DNA of 64,000 bases from positions 5,474 through 69,473 of the forward strand of contig NZ_JAEMRO010000003.1 of NCBI RefSeq assembly GCF_016463295.1. Direction: 5' to 3'. Position 1 is the first letter of the stretch, and every line of letters begins with the position of its first letter. Below the pieces are notes generated by a model, which saw nothing but the letters and a program-made list of their open reading frames with translations, did not search any database and was not told the DNA's origin. Source of the DNA: Brevundimonas sp. (lineage in GTDB: Bacteria > Pseudomonadota > Alphaproteobacteria > Caulobacterales > Caulobacteraceae). Positions 39,786-50,195 of the stretch are shown piece after piece. The translations under genes and the position numbers were made by a program.

Positions 39786-39837
39786 GGCGTTCATCCTTAA
39801 CGGCGAGGCTTTAAGGAAGCCTTGCAGGGAATGAGGA

Positions 39838-40476
39838 TCAGGCGGTCAAAAGGCCCTGTTCGGCCAGGGCCTCGGCCAGGTCGCCCGGCCCCACCCAGAC
39901 ACGGGTGTAGCCAGCCTCGCCCAGGCGTTTCAGTTCGGTGGTCAGATCGGCCTTGGCCGAGGCGGCGAAGCGGGCGTCGAACCCCTCTCCGTCGGCGCTG
40001 ATGCGGACCATGGGCCGCCCCGTCTCGACACGGTGCAGATAGCCCTCGTACAGAACCGCCGCCTGATCAGACAGAAGACCCGTCTCGACCTCCAGCCCGG
40101 CCTTCTTCAACCGCTCCACGCCACGCCCGGAGGCGAACGGTGAAGGATCGACTGCGGCGATCACCACACGCGCCACGCCCGCCTCGATCAGAAAGTGCGA
40201 GCAGGACGTGCGGCCCGAAGAGCGCGCCCCGCAGGGCTCCAGCGTCACATAGGCGGTGGCCCCACGTGCCCTGTCGCCCGCGGCGGGGACGGCCTGTTCC
40301 TCGGCATGAGGGCGCCCGCCCGCCGCCGTCGCGGCCTCCGCCACCACCTCGCCGTCCCTGACGATGACGCAGCCGACCGACGGATTGGGCCATGTCTGAC
40401 CCATGTGGCCGCGCGCCAGGGCGATGGCGCGCCCCATGAACCGGATGTCGTCGGAGGCGGCCTGGGCGTCCGTCAT
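39838..40476 (-). CDS. RibD-like zinc-dependent deaminase lacking the reductase domain
   Basis: TWPNPSVGCVIV, PHAE, TLEPC-x9-C; only 212 aa. Confidence 0.8.
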   Translation of the reverse strand: MTDAQAASDDIRFMGRAIALARGHMGQTWPNPSVGCVIVRDGEVVAEAATAAGGRPHAEEQAVPAAGDRARGATAYVTLEPCGARSSGRTSCSHFLIEAGVARVVIAAVDPSPFASGRGVERLKKAGLEVETGLLSDQAAVLYEGYLHRVETGRPMVRISADGEGFDARFAASAKADLTTELKRLGEAGYTRVWVGPGDLAEALAEQGLLTA

Positions 40477-41198
40477 GATGCGTGTCCTGGAAGGGGCGGC
40501 AGCTCGGTCGCCCGCGCCGCATCCAGATACCGCGCGGCGGTCGGGCTCAGGTCGGCGTCGAGATCGATCTCCAGCGGATTGCCGGTTGGAATCTCCACGC
40601 CCACGATCCGGTCATCCGGCACGGCGAACAGGTGTTTGACGATGGCCCGCAGCGAGTTGCCGTGGGCCGCGATCATCACATCATCGCCCGCCTTCAGACG
40701 CGGCGCGATCGCCTCGTTCCAATAGGGCAGGACGCGGTCCAGCGTCGTCTTCAGGCTTTCGGTGTCGGGAATGGCCTTGCCGGCATAGCGGGGATCGCCC
40801 GCGAAATCCCATTCGCCGCCGGGGGCCAGAGGCGGCGGCGGGATGTCGTAGCTGCGCCGCCAGATTTTTACCTGGTCCTCGCCATGCTTGGCCGCGGTCT
40901 CGGCCTTGTCCAGCCCGGTCAGGCCGCCATAGTGACGCTCGTTCAGACGCCAGTCCTCAACCACCGGCACATCCTTCAGGCCCGCCGCATCCAGCGCCAG
41001 CGCCCCGGTCCGCGTCGCGCGTTTCAGCACCGAGGTGAACATCACCGCCGGGTGGAAACCGGCCTGGGCGATCAGTTCGCCGCCCTTGCGGGCCTGGGCC
41101 TCGCCCTCGGCGGTCAGGTCGACATCGACCCATCCGGTGAAGCGGTTTTCCAGGTTCCACTGGCTCTGGCCGTGTCGCAGCAGGATCAGGCGGGGCAT
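40473..41198 (-). CDS. gpmA: 2,3-BPG-dependent phosphoglycerate mutase
   Basis: LRHGQSQWN, RLNERHYG, WRRSYD, AHGNSLR. Confidence 0.96.
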   Translation of the reverse strand: MPRLILLRHGQSQWNLENRFTGWVDVDLTAEGEAQARKGGELIAQAGFHPAVMFTSVLKRATRTGALALDAAGLKDVPVVEDWRLNERHYGGLTGLDKAETAAKHGEDQVKIWRRSYDIPPPPLAPGGEWDFAGDPRYAGKAIPDTESLKTTLDRVLPYWNEAIAPRLKAGDDVMIAAHGNSLRAIVKHLFAVPDDRIVGVEIPTGNPLEIDLDADLSPTAARYLDAARATELPPLPGHAS

Positions 41199-41336
41199 TC
41201 AACTCTCCGAACAGGTCCGTTTTGGGTAGGCCGCGCCTAGAGACCGGTCAAGGTTTGCAGCACTTGTGCCGCTCTCGCGTTGTGACGGTCCCGACGCCCG
41301 GTCTATACCAAGGGCGAAACGCATCAGGACCACACG

Positions 41337-42836
41337 ATGATCAAGCCCCGCCAGGATCTGAAACCCAATACGGCCGACTATGAGACGACGCCCCTGGTCA
41401 AGCCGACGGGGTTTCGTGAATACGACGCCCGCTGGATCCTGGAAAAGGAGATCAATCTTCTGGGCATCCAGGCGCTGGGCCTGGGCCTGGCCACCTATGT
41501 GCATGAGATCGGTCAGACGCCGCGCATCGTGGTGGGCCACGACTTCCGCTCCTATTCGCTGTCGGTGAAACAGGCGCTGATCCTCGGCCTTCTGGAAGGC
41601 GGAATGGAGGTGCTGGATATCGGCCTAGCCCTGTCGCCTACGGCCTATTTCGCCCAGTTCGAGCTGGAGGCGCCCTGCGTGGCCATGGTCACCGCCAGCC
41701 ACAACGAGAATGGCTGGACGGGCGTCAAGATGGGGGCCCAGCCGCCGCTGACCTTCGGCCCTGACGAGATCGGGCGGCTGAAGGACATCGTGCTGAACGG
41801 CGAGGGCGTGGGTCGCACGGGTGGATCGCTTACCCGCGTCGAAGGGTTCCGCGAGGCCTATATCGCCGACATCGTCTCCAAGGTGAAACTGACGCGCCCG
41901 ATCAAGGTCGTCGCCGCCTGTGGCAACGGCACGGCCGGGGCCTTCGCGCCCGAGGCCCTGCGCCGGATGGGGGCCGAGGTGATCGAGATGGACACCGAGC
42001 TGGACTACACCTTCCCCAAATACAATCCGAACCCCGAAGACCACGCCATGCTGATGCAGATGGCGGCGAAGGTGCGCGAGACGGGTGCTGACCTGGCCCT
42101 GGGCTTCGACGGCGACGGCGACCGCTGCGGCGTGGTCGATGACACGGGCGAGGAAATCTATGCCGACAAGATCGGCCTGATGCTGGGCCGCGACCTGTCG
42201 GTCCTTCACCCCAACGCCACCTTCGTCGTCGATGTGAAATCGACGGGTCTGTACAAGACCGACGAGGTGCTGAAGGCCAACGGTGCCGAGACTGTCTACT
42301 GGAAGACCGGTCACAGCTATATCAAGCGCAAGACCGCCGAACTGGGGGCCCTGGCCGGGTTCGAGAAGTCGGGGCATTTCTTCTTCAATGCGCCGCTGGG
42401 CCACGGCTATGACGACGGCATCGTCGCGGCAGGTGCGGTGCTGGCCATGCTGGACCGCAATCCCGGGAAAAAGCTGTCGGAACTGAAGGCCGCCCTGCCA
42501 GACGCCTGGACCAGCCTGACCATGTCGCCGCACTGCGACGACGAGCTGAAGTATGAGGTGCTGGAGCGGATCGTGGCCGAATATCAGGCGCTGGCCGATT
42601 CAGGCGGCCAAATCCTGGGTCGCAAGATCGTGGAAGCCATCACTGTGAACGGCGTGCGCGTGCATCTGGAAGACGGGTCGTGGGTCCTAGTCCGCGCGTC
42701 GTCCAACAAGCCGGAGCTGGTGGTGGTGGTCGAGAGCATGCGCTCGGCCGACGACATGCGCGCCCTGTTCCACGACGAGGTGAAGCCGCGACTGGCCAAA
42801 TACTCCGAGATCGGCGCGTACAATCAGGAAATCTGA
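41337..42836 (+). CDS. Phosphomannomutase/phosphoglucomutase
   Basis: FREYDAR, TASHN, FDGDGDR, FEKSGH, RASSN. Confidence 0.93.
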   Translation: MIKPRQDLKPNTADYETTPLVKPTGFREYDARWILEKEINLLGIQALGLGLATYVHEIGQTPRIVVGHDFRSYSLSVKQALILGLLEGGMEVLDIGLALSPTAYFAQFELEAPCVAMVTASHNENGWTGVKMGAQPPLTFGPDEIGRLKDIVLNGEGVGRTGGSLTRVEGFREAYIADIVSKVKLTRPIKVVAACGNGTAGAFAPEALRRMGAEVIEMDTELDYTFPKYNPNPEDHAMLMQMAAKVRETGADLALGFDGDGDRCGVVDDTGEEIYADKIGLMLGRDLSVLHPNATFVVDVKSTGLYKTDEVLKANGAETVYWKTGHSYIKRKTAELGALAGFEKSGHFFFNAPLGHGYDDGIVAAGAVLAMLDRNPGKKLSELKAALPDAWTSLTMSPHCDDELKYEVLERIVAEYQALADSGGQILGRKIVEAITVNGVRVHLEDGSWVLVRASSNKPELVVVVESMRSADDMRALFHDEVKPRLAKYSEIGAYNQEI

Positions 42837-42864
42837 GCCAGACAGGCTCGGGTTCGGGGGAGCC

Positions 42865-44187
42865 ATGACAGGCAGACACATCGCCATCGTCGGCGGCGGC
42901 TTTTCTGGAGCCATGCTTGCGGCGAGGCTGGCTGAGGTCGGTATGGCGTCAACCGTCATCGACCGGGGTGGCGATTTCGGCCTGGGTGTCGCCTATTCGA
43001 CGCCGTTCGACGGGCACCTGCTGAACGTCCGCTCCAACCGGATGAGTGCGGTCGAGGGGCGGCCCGACGATTTCGTGGACTGGCTGAAGGCCCATCATCC
43101 CGACCGCGCCGCGCCCGAAAGCTTCGCACCCCGGCGGCTGTACGGCCTGTATGTGCAGGATCGGCTGGCGGGCATCGAAGTGGCGCATCCGGGCCTGATC
43201 AATCGCATCGTCGGCGAGGCCGTAGCAGTCGAGGACACCGCCGTGCGACTGGCCGACGGTCGTTTGATCGAGGCTGACGCTGTCGTGCTGGCTACCGGAA
43301 ACCCGGCCCCGAAGACGGCTGCGCTGGGTGAGGTCGAGGGCCGTGTCATCGGCAATCCTTGGGCCACCGGAGCGCTGGACCGGGTCAAGGACGAAGACGA
43401 CGTGATCATCGTCGGCACCGGGCTGACCATGGTCGACATGGTTCAGTGGCTCGTGGCGCGGGGCTGGAGGGGCAAGGCGACGGCCCTGTCCCGGCGAGGG
43501 TTGAAGCCGCGCGCGCATGAGGCTCTGCCCGACATCCCGGTGCCCCCCACCGGCATGCTCAAACTCGCCCCCGCCTCGCGCCGTCTGGCCGAGGCGCGGC
43601 GTATGGCGGACGAGAGCGGCTGGCGCTCGGTGATGGAGGGTCTGAGGCCGGTCACAGCCGATCTGTGGGCGGCGGCGGACAGCGAGTTGAAGGCGCGGTT
43701 CGTGCGCCACCTGCGCCCCTGGTGGGATGTGCATCGACACCGCATCGCCGACAGTATCGCCGTCTCGCTGGAGGCGCTGGAGGCCGAAGGCCGGCTGACG
43801 ATCGTGGCAGGGCGCGTCCGGCGGATCGATCAGGATGCGGATCGCGTGACCCTGGACTGGCGGCCCCGGCGCGGACCAGAGCAGTCGCCGATTACCGGCC
43901 AATGGCTGATCGACTGCACCGGGCCGGGGCATGATCCCGCGACGGATGTCCTGACCGGGCCGCTGATCGCGACAGGCAGGGCACGGCTGGATGCGTTGCG
44001 GCTGGGGCTGGATCTGGATGCGGAGGGGCGCGTGCTGGATGCGGACGGCGTGCCGGATGACCGGCTTCTGGTCCTGGGCCCGCCGGCTCGAGCCGCCTTC
44101 TGGGAAACCATCGCCGTGCCCGACATCCGCAAGCGGATCGAGGATTTGGCGGCGACGTTGGGCGCGATGACCACGGAGCCGGCGTGA
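42865..44187 (+). CDS. FAD/NAD(P)-binding oxidoreductase (COG4529-like)
   Basis: GGGFSG, G.GVAYST...HLLNV..RMSA, VLATGN, GTGLTMVD, WWDVHRHR, WETIAVPDIR. Confidence 0.8.
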   Translation: MTGRHIAIVGGGFSGAMLAARLAEVGMASTVIDRGGDFGLGVAYSTPFDGHLLNVRSNRMSAVEGRPDDFVDWLKAHHPDRAAPESFAPRRLYGLYVQDRLAGIEVAHPGLINRIVGEAVAVEDTAVRLADGRLIEADAVVLATGNPAPKTAALGEVEGRVIGNPWATGALDRVKDEDDVIIVGTGLTMVDMVQWLVARGWRGKATALSRRGLKPRAHEALPDIPVPPTGMLKLAPASRRLAEARRMADESGWRSVMEGLRPVTADLWAAADSELKARFVRHLRPWWDVHRHRIADSIAVSLEALEAEGRLTIVAGRVRRIDQDADRVTLDWRPRRGPEQSPITGQWLIDCTGPGHDPATDVLTGPLIATGRARLDALRLGLDLDAEGRVLDADGVPDDRLLVLGPPARAAFWETIAVPDIRKRIEDLAATLGAMTTEPA

Positions 44188-44951
44188 TGAGACGGACTGG
44201 ACCGATCAGCCTGCTGGCGTCCGCCAGCCTGGCCCTGGCGTCGTGCGAGGCGCGACTGCACCCCGTGCCAGACGCCCGCGTCACCGCGGCGGCGGGACCC
44301 GAGACCTGCGTCCTGCCCGAGCGCATCGCCCTGCCCGAGATGGAAGAGGTACGTCCGGACGAGGTCGTGGCCGACCGGACCATCCTGTTCCACATGCTGG
44401 CCGTCACCTGGATGCCCCAGACCTGCAAGACCAGAGGTGATGGTGCGGGCGATCTGGCCTGCGGCAGCACCAACCGCTTCGGCTGGACCCTGCACGGCCT
44501 GTGGCCCAATGCGGACGGGCGGCCCTATCCCCGCTACTGCCGCCCGGCAACGCAGGTGCCAGAGGCCACCATCCGCGCCAATCTGTGCCGCACGCCCTCG
44601 GCCAGTCTGGTTCAGCATGAATGGGCGGCGCACGGCACCTGTGGCTGGGATACGCCGGAAGCCTATTTCGCAGATGCCGCGCGCCTTTATGACGGGCTGA
44701 ACCGGCCCGATCCGACGACCCTTGCCCCCGGCGCGCGCGGACCCACCGCAGGCCAACTTCGGGACGCCTTCGTGGCGACCAACCCCGGTCTGCCCCGCGA
44801 TGCTCTCTATATCGCCGTGGCTTCCGGCAACCGCCTGCGCGAGGTTCGCATCTGCCATGATCTGGAGCTTAAGGCAGCGCGGTGCCCGGTTGGCGGGCTG
44901 GGGACGCCGGACGATGTTGTGCTGACGGTCGAACCGGTCGGTGAGCGTTGA
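44187..44951 (+). CDS. Ribonuclease T2 family lipoprotein
   Basis: LASC lipobox; CAS I TLHGLWP, CAS II HEWAAHGTC. TGATG coupling to the upstream gene. Confidence 0.87.
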   Translation: MRRTGPISLLASASLALASCEARLHPVPDARVTAAAGPETCVLPERIALPEMEEVRPDEVVADRTILFHMLAVTWMPQTCKTRGDGAGDLACGSTNRFGWTLHGLWPNADGRPYPRYCRPATQVPEATIRANLCRTPSASLVQHEWAAHGTCGWDTPEAYFADAARLYDGLNRPDPTTLAPGARGPTAGQLRDAFVATNPGLPRDALYIAVASGNRLREVRICHDLELKAARCPVGGLGTPDDVVLTVEPVGER

Positions 44952-44996
44952 TCATTCACTTCGCCCTGGCCTGCCGGAAGCCCAGGTCGCTGTGGA

Positions 44997-45473
44997 TCAC
45001 ACTTCCGGTTGAGGCGGGGCGGTGATGACTTCGACGTTGTCGTTGAGCAGATAAACCAGTTCGTCCAGCGCGACGCGGCGCTCGGCGGTCGTGGTGGCGG
45101 TCTCTACGGCAGACACCTTTTTCGGCATGTCCTCGGAAATGCCACGCAGGATGCATTTCAGGTCGCCGTCGGTGCCGCGCTCCTTGAGGACCAGATGGCC
45201 CTGCATGTCCATCTCGGCCAGGGCATTGGCCTGGACCTTGAAGTCGGCGAAGGCAGCGCCGTTCACAAAGCCGTCCTGATCGATCAGGCCCGAGGTGCCC
45301 CAGCCCTCGACCATCGTCTTGAGCGTGGTCGAGCGGGTGACGATATCGACGAACAGAGGCTCGCCCGCGACCGACACCGGAGCCGAAGCCACGGCGGGCG
45401 GCTGGGCCGCGGCCAGGGCCACCTTCGGATCGCTGAGCAGAAGGGAAACGGCCAGGGCGACACCACAGGACAT
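44997..45473 (-). CDS. Exported hypothetical protein
   Basis: Signal peptide and helical domain (GDLKCILRGISED). Start 45473 has GAGG SD; alternative start 45485. Confidence 0.65.
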   Translation of the reverse strand: MSCGVALAVSLLLSDPKVALAAAQPPAVASAPVSVAGEPLFVDIVTRSTTLKTMVEGWGTSGLIDQDGFVNGAAFADFKVQANALAEMDMQGHLVLKERGTDGDLKCILRGISEDMPKKVSAVETATTTAERRVALDELVYLLNDNVEVITAPPQPEV

Positions 45474-45578
45474 GGCGAACCTCATCTCTATCCGGGCCGA
45501 ATCACAAATCGGCGGTTGAACCCCTCTACGCCTCACCCGTAAACGAGGGTTTACCCGCCCCGTAACAGAGTGTTGCCC

Positions 45579-47204
45579 GTGACCCCTCGCACCCAGGCCC
45601 TAGACATGCTTCGCGCCGTCGCGCGCAAGGACGAGGGCACCCGCATCGTGCACCACTTCGCCACCGATCCCGGCCGGGTACAGCGCATGGGGATCGAGGC
45701 GGCGGGGCTGTATCTCGACGTCTCCAAGCAGTCGTGGAGCCTGGAGGGCTTCGAGGCGGCACTGGACCTGGCGCGGACCTGCGACATCGAAGGGCGACGC
45801 GATGCCCTGTTCGCGGGCGAGGCTGTCAATGTCACGGAAGGGCGGGCGGTGCTGCACCCCGCACTGCGCGCCGCCGACGATGCCGACTTTCATGCCCTGG
45901 GCGAGCCGGTCTCGCAGGAAGTGACCGAGACCCGCAACCAGATCGCCACCTATGCCCAGGCCATCGGCTCGGGGGCCGAGGTCGGCGGCACGCGCCAGCC
46001 GTTCAACGCCATCGTCCACATCGGCATCGGCGGATCGGATCTTGGGCCGCGTCTGCTATGGGAGGCGCTCAAACCCCTGGAGCCGACGATCCAGCTGCGC
46101 TTCGTGGCCAATATCGATCCGCGCGACATGGCCGAGGCCCTGGCCGGGCTGGACCCGGAGACGACCCTGATCGTGGTGGTGTCCAAGACCTTCACGACCC
46201 AGGAGACGTTGGCTAATGCCGAACTGGCCAAGGCCTGGCTGGCCGAAAGCCTGTCGCCGCGCCGCATGGTCAAACATCTGGTGGGCGTCACCGCTGCGCC
46301 GGAGAAGGCCGAGGCCTGGGGCTGCAGTCGCACCTTCGGGTTCCGCGACTGGGTCGGCGGGCGTTATTCACTGTGGTCGTCGGTCAGCCTGTCGGTCGCC
46401 GTGGCCCTGGGCTGGGACGTGTTCCAGCGTGTGCTGGACGGCGCGCGGGCCATGGACCAGCATTTCCTGGAGGCCTCGCCAGAGGTGAATGCGCCGATCG
46501 TGCTGGCCTTGGCCCAGATCTACAATGTCGAGGGCCGCGGGAGACACGCCCGTACCGTTGCCCCCTATGCCCACGGCCTACGTCGCCTGCCCGCCTTCCT
46601 GCAGCAGTTGGAGATGGAATCGAACGGCAAGCGAGTGAAGCGCGACGGCACTCCCGTTGATACCGCCACCGGCCCCGTCGTCTTCGGCGAGCCGGGGACC
46701 AACGGCCAGCACGCCTTTTTCCAGCAGATCCATCAGGGACCAATGGTCGTCCCGGCAGAATTCGTCGTGGTTGGCCATACGTCCGAGGCCGCCGTGGACG
46801 CCCGCGAAGGCGATGCGCCCCTGTGGTCCAATGCCCTGGCCCAAGCCCAGGCCTTGATGATCGGCAAGACCGAGGCCCAGGCACGTGCCGAGCTGATCGC
46901 GGCGGGCGCGGACGAGGCCGAGGCGGATCGCCTGGCCCCGCACAAGACCTTCCCCGGCGACCGGCCGTCGACCACCATCCTGATGGACTCCCTGAGCCCC
47001 GAGGCGGTGGGGGCCCTGCTGGCGCTGTATGAGCACAAGACCTTCGTCGAGGGTGTGATCTGGGACATCAACAGCTTCGACCAGTGGGGAGTCGAACTGG
47101 GCAAGCAACTGGCCAGGGCGGTGCTGACGGACGTGCAGAACGGCGAACCGTCAGAGGGACTGGACGCCTCGACGGCGGAATTGATGAAGCGTCTTATGGT
47201 CTGA
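45579..47204 (+). CDS. pgi: Glucose-6-phosphate isomerase
   Basis: IGIGGSDLGP, SKTFTTQET, VGGRYSLWS, QQLEMESNGK, FDQWGVELGK. Start uncertain (45570, 45579 or 45606). Confidence 0.96.
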   Translation: MTPRTQALDMLRAVARKDEGTRIVHHFATDPGRVQRMGIEAAGLYLDVSKQSWSLEGFEAALDLARTCDIEGRRDALFAGEAVNVTEGRAVLHPALRAADDADFHALGEPVSQEVTETRNQIATYAQAIGSGAEVGGTRQPFNAIVHIGIGGSDLGPRLLWEALKPLEPTIQLRFVANIDPRDMAEALAGLDPETTLIVVVSKTFTTQETLANAELAKAWLAESLSPRRMVKHLVGVTAAPEKAEAWGCSRTFGFRDWVGGRYSLWSSVSLSVAVALGWDVFQRVLDGARAMDQHFLEASPEVNAPIVLALAQIYNVEGRGRHARTVAPYAHGLRRLPAFLQQLEMESNGKRVKRDGTPVDTATGPVVFGEPGTNGQHAFFQQIHQGPMVVPAEFVVVGHTSEAAVDAREGDAPLWSNALAQAQALMIGKTEAQARAELIAAGADEAEADRLAPHKTFPGDRPSTTILMDSLSPEAVGALLALYEHKTFVEGVIWDINSFDQWGVELGKQLARAVLTDVQNGEPSEGLDASTAELMKRLMV

Positions 47205-47218
47205 TCCGGATGCAGAAA

Positions 47219-47245
47219 GGGCGGGGACCCGAAGATCCCCGCCCC
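47219..47245. terminator. GC-rich hairpin between convergent pgi and glycine-zipper gene
   Basis: GGGCGGGGA...TCCCCGCCC stem. Confidence 0.5.
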
Positions 47246-47294
47246 ATCCTCGCCTTCGACGGCCGGTCCTACTCACGCGACCGACAGGAGGCTG

Positions 47295-47729
47295 TTACCA
47301 GCGACGGTCGTAGCGATAGTCGCGGTTATAGCGGCGCTCCTCACGACGATCGCGGCGATATTCGCGGTAGTCGCGGCGCTGTTCCCAGCGGGGTGCATTG
47401 CGGTCGATGCCGTGCTCGCGTTCCCAGTGACCCTGGTTCCGATAGCAGCGCCCACCACGGTAGTAGCTGCAGTCCGAGCTGTTGTTGGACGAGACGGCAC
47501 CCAAGGCGGCACCGGCCAGAGCGCCACCGGCGATATAGCTGCCGTCGCCTTGACCGATCAGGGCTCCGGCCAGACCGCCGACGACAGCGCCGACCACGGC
47601 GTCGCGGCCCGTGTTGTTGTCGCGGTCGCGATAGCTTTGGGCGTCGGCCGGGCTGGCCGACATCAGGGTGAGGGCCGCCGCACCGATGACGGCCGGCGAA
47701 GCGAGAGCGATCTTGGAAAACGGGTTCAT
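47295..47729 (-). CDS. Glycine-zipper exported protein with Arg/Asp/Tyr-rich tail
   Basis: Signal peptide; GAVVGGLAGALIG...GGALAGAALGAV; AAGGA SD. Confidence 0.75.
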   Translation of the reverse strand: MNPFSKIALASPAVIGAAALTLMSASPADAQSYRDRDNNTGRDAVVGAVVGGLAGALIGQGDGSYIAGGALAGAALGAVSSNNSSDCSYYRGGRCYRNQGHWEREHGIDRNAPRWEQRRDYREYRRDRREERRYNRDYRYDRRW

Positions 47730-47896
47730 GATCATTCCTTCCGGACTGTTTCGTGCGGCACCATGCCGAACATGAGATCACCCTAGAGGGACGAGCCTGA
47801 ACGCCTCGCGAGACGGTCGTTCATTGCGCGTTCATCGCAAAATACGACGTAGAGCCGGGGTCTTCGGATCAATGCAGGCAAGAATGCCCGGCGGCG

Positions 47897-47925
47897 CTTG
47901 ACGTCAGCAGGCACCCCACCTACTT
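47897..47925 (+). promoter_or_regulatory. RpoH (sigma32) promoter of groESL
   Basis: CTTGAC-N16-CCTACTT. Confidence 0.7.
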
Positions 47926-47935
47926 CCCCGGCGCG

Positions 47936-47962
47936 TTAGCACTCTCGGGTAGCGGCTGCCAA
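47936..47962. promoter_or_regulatory. CIRCE element (HrcA operator), right arm degenerate
   Basis: TTAGCACTC-N9-GGCTGCCAA versus consensus TTAGCACTC-N9-GAGTGCTAA. Confidence 0.75.
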
Positions 47963-48023
47963 AACGGCCGATCCGGGGGAACTGGCGAAGAAACCTTAGA
48001 AGACTTCATCGGAGAACACACAG

Positions 48024-48311
48024 ATGGCGTTTCGTCCTCTCGGCGATCGCGTGCTGGTCAAGCGCGTGGAAGAAGAATCCAAGACCAAGGGCGGGATCAT
48101 CATCCCCGACACCGCCAAGGAAAAGCCCCAGGAAGGCGAAGTCGTCGCTGTCGGGCCCGGCGTTCGTGACGAACGCGGCACCGTCAACGCCCTGGAGCTG
48201 AAGGCCGGCGACCGCATCCTGTTCGGCAAATGGTCGGGCACCGAGGTCAAGCTGGAAGGCGAAGACCTGATCATCATGAAAGAGTCGGACGTGCTCGGAG
48301 TGCTGAGCTAA
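48024..48311 (+). CDS. groES: Co-chaperonin GroES
   Basis: [30 protein letters not shown]. Confidence 0.98.
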   Translation: MAFRPLGDRVLVKRVEEESKTKGGIIIPDTAKEKPQEGEVVAVGPGVRDERGTVNALELKAGDRILFGKWSGTEVKLEGEDLIIMKESDVLGVLS

Positions 48312-48324
48312 GGCTCGGACTTTC

Positions 48325-50074
<1,750 letters not shown>

Positions 50075-50100
50075 TCCACGCTCAGCTCACGCTGAACGAA

Positions 50101-50135
50101 CAGAAGGGCGGGTCCGCGAGGGCCCGCCCTTTCTG
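50101..50135 (+). terminator. Intrinsic terminator of groESL
   Basis: GGGCGGGTCC-GCGA-GGGCCCGCCC stem followed by TTTC. Confidence 0.75.
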
Positions 50136-50195
50136 CTGTCCGACGGATTCAGCCGTCGCGCCCGTTTGAACTTCGGGGCGGCAAGGAGACGGCGG

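Noticed and set aside
39795-39816. Canonical CtrA box
   Set aside because: TTAA half-sites are 10 nt apart, not 7; kept only as an unexplained palindrome.
42837-42864. AGGCTCG GGTTCGG as a fourth heptamer element
   Set aside because: Only about two degenerate units and no complementary arm.
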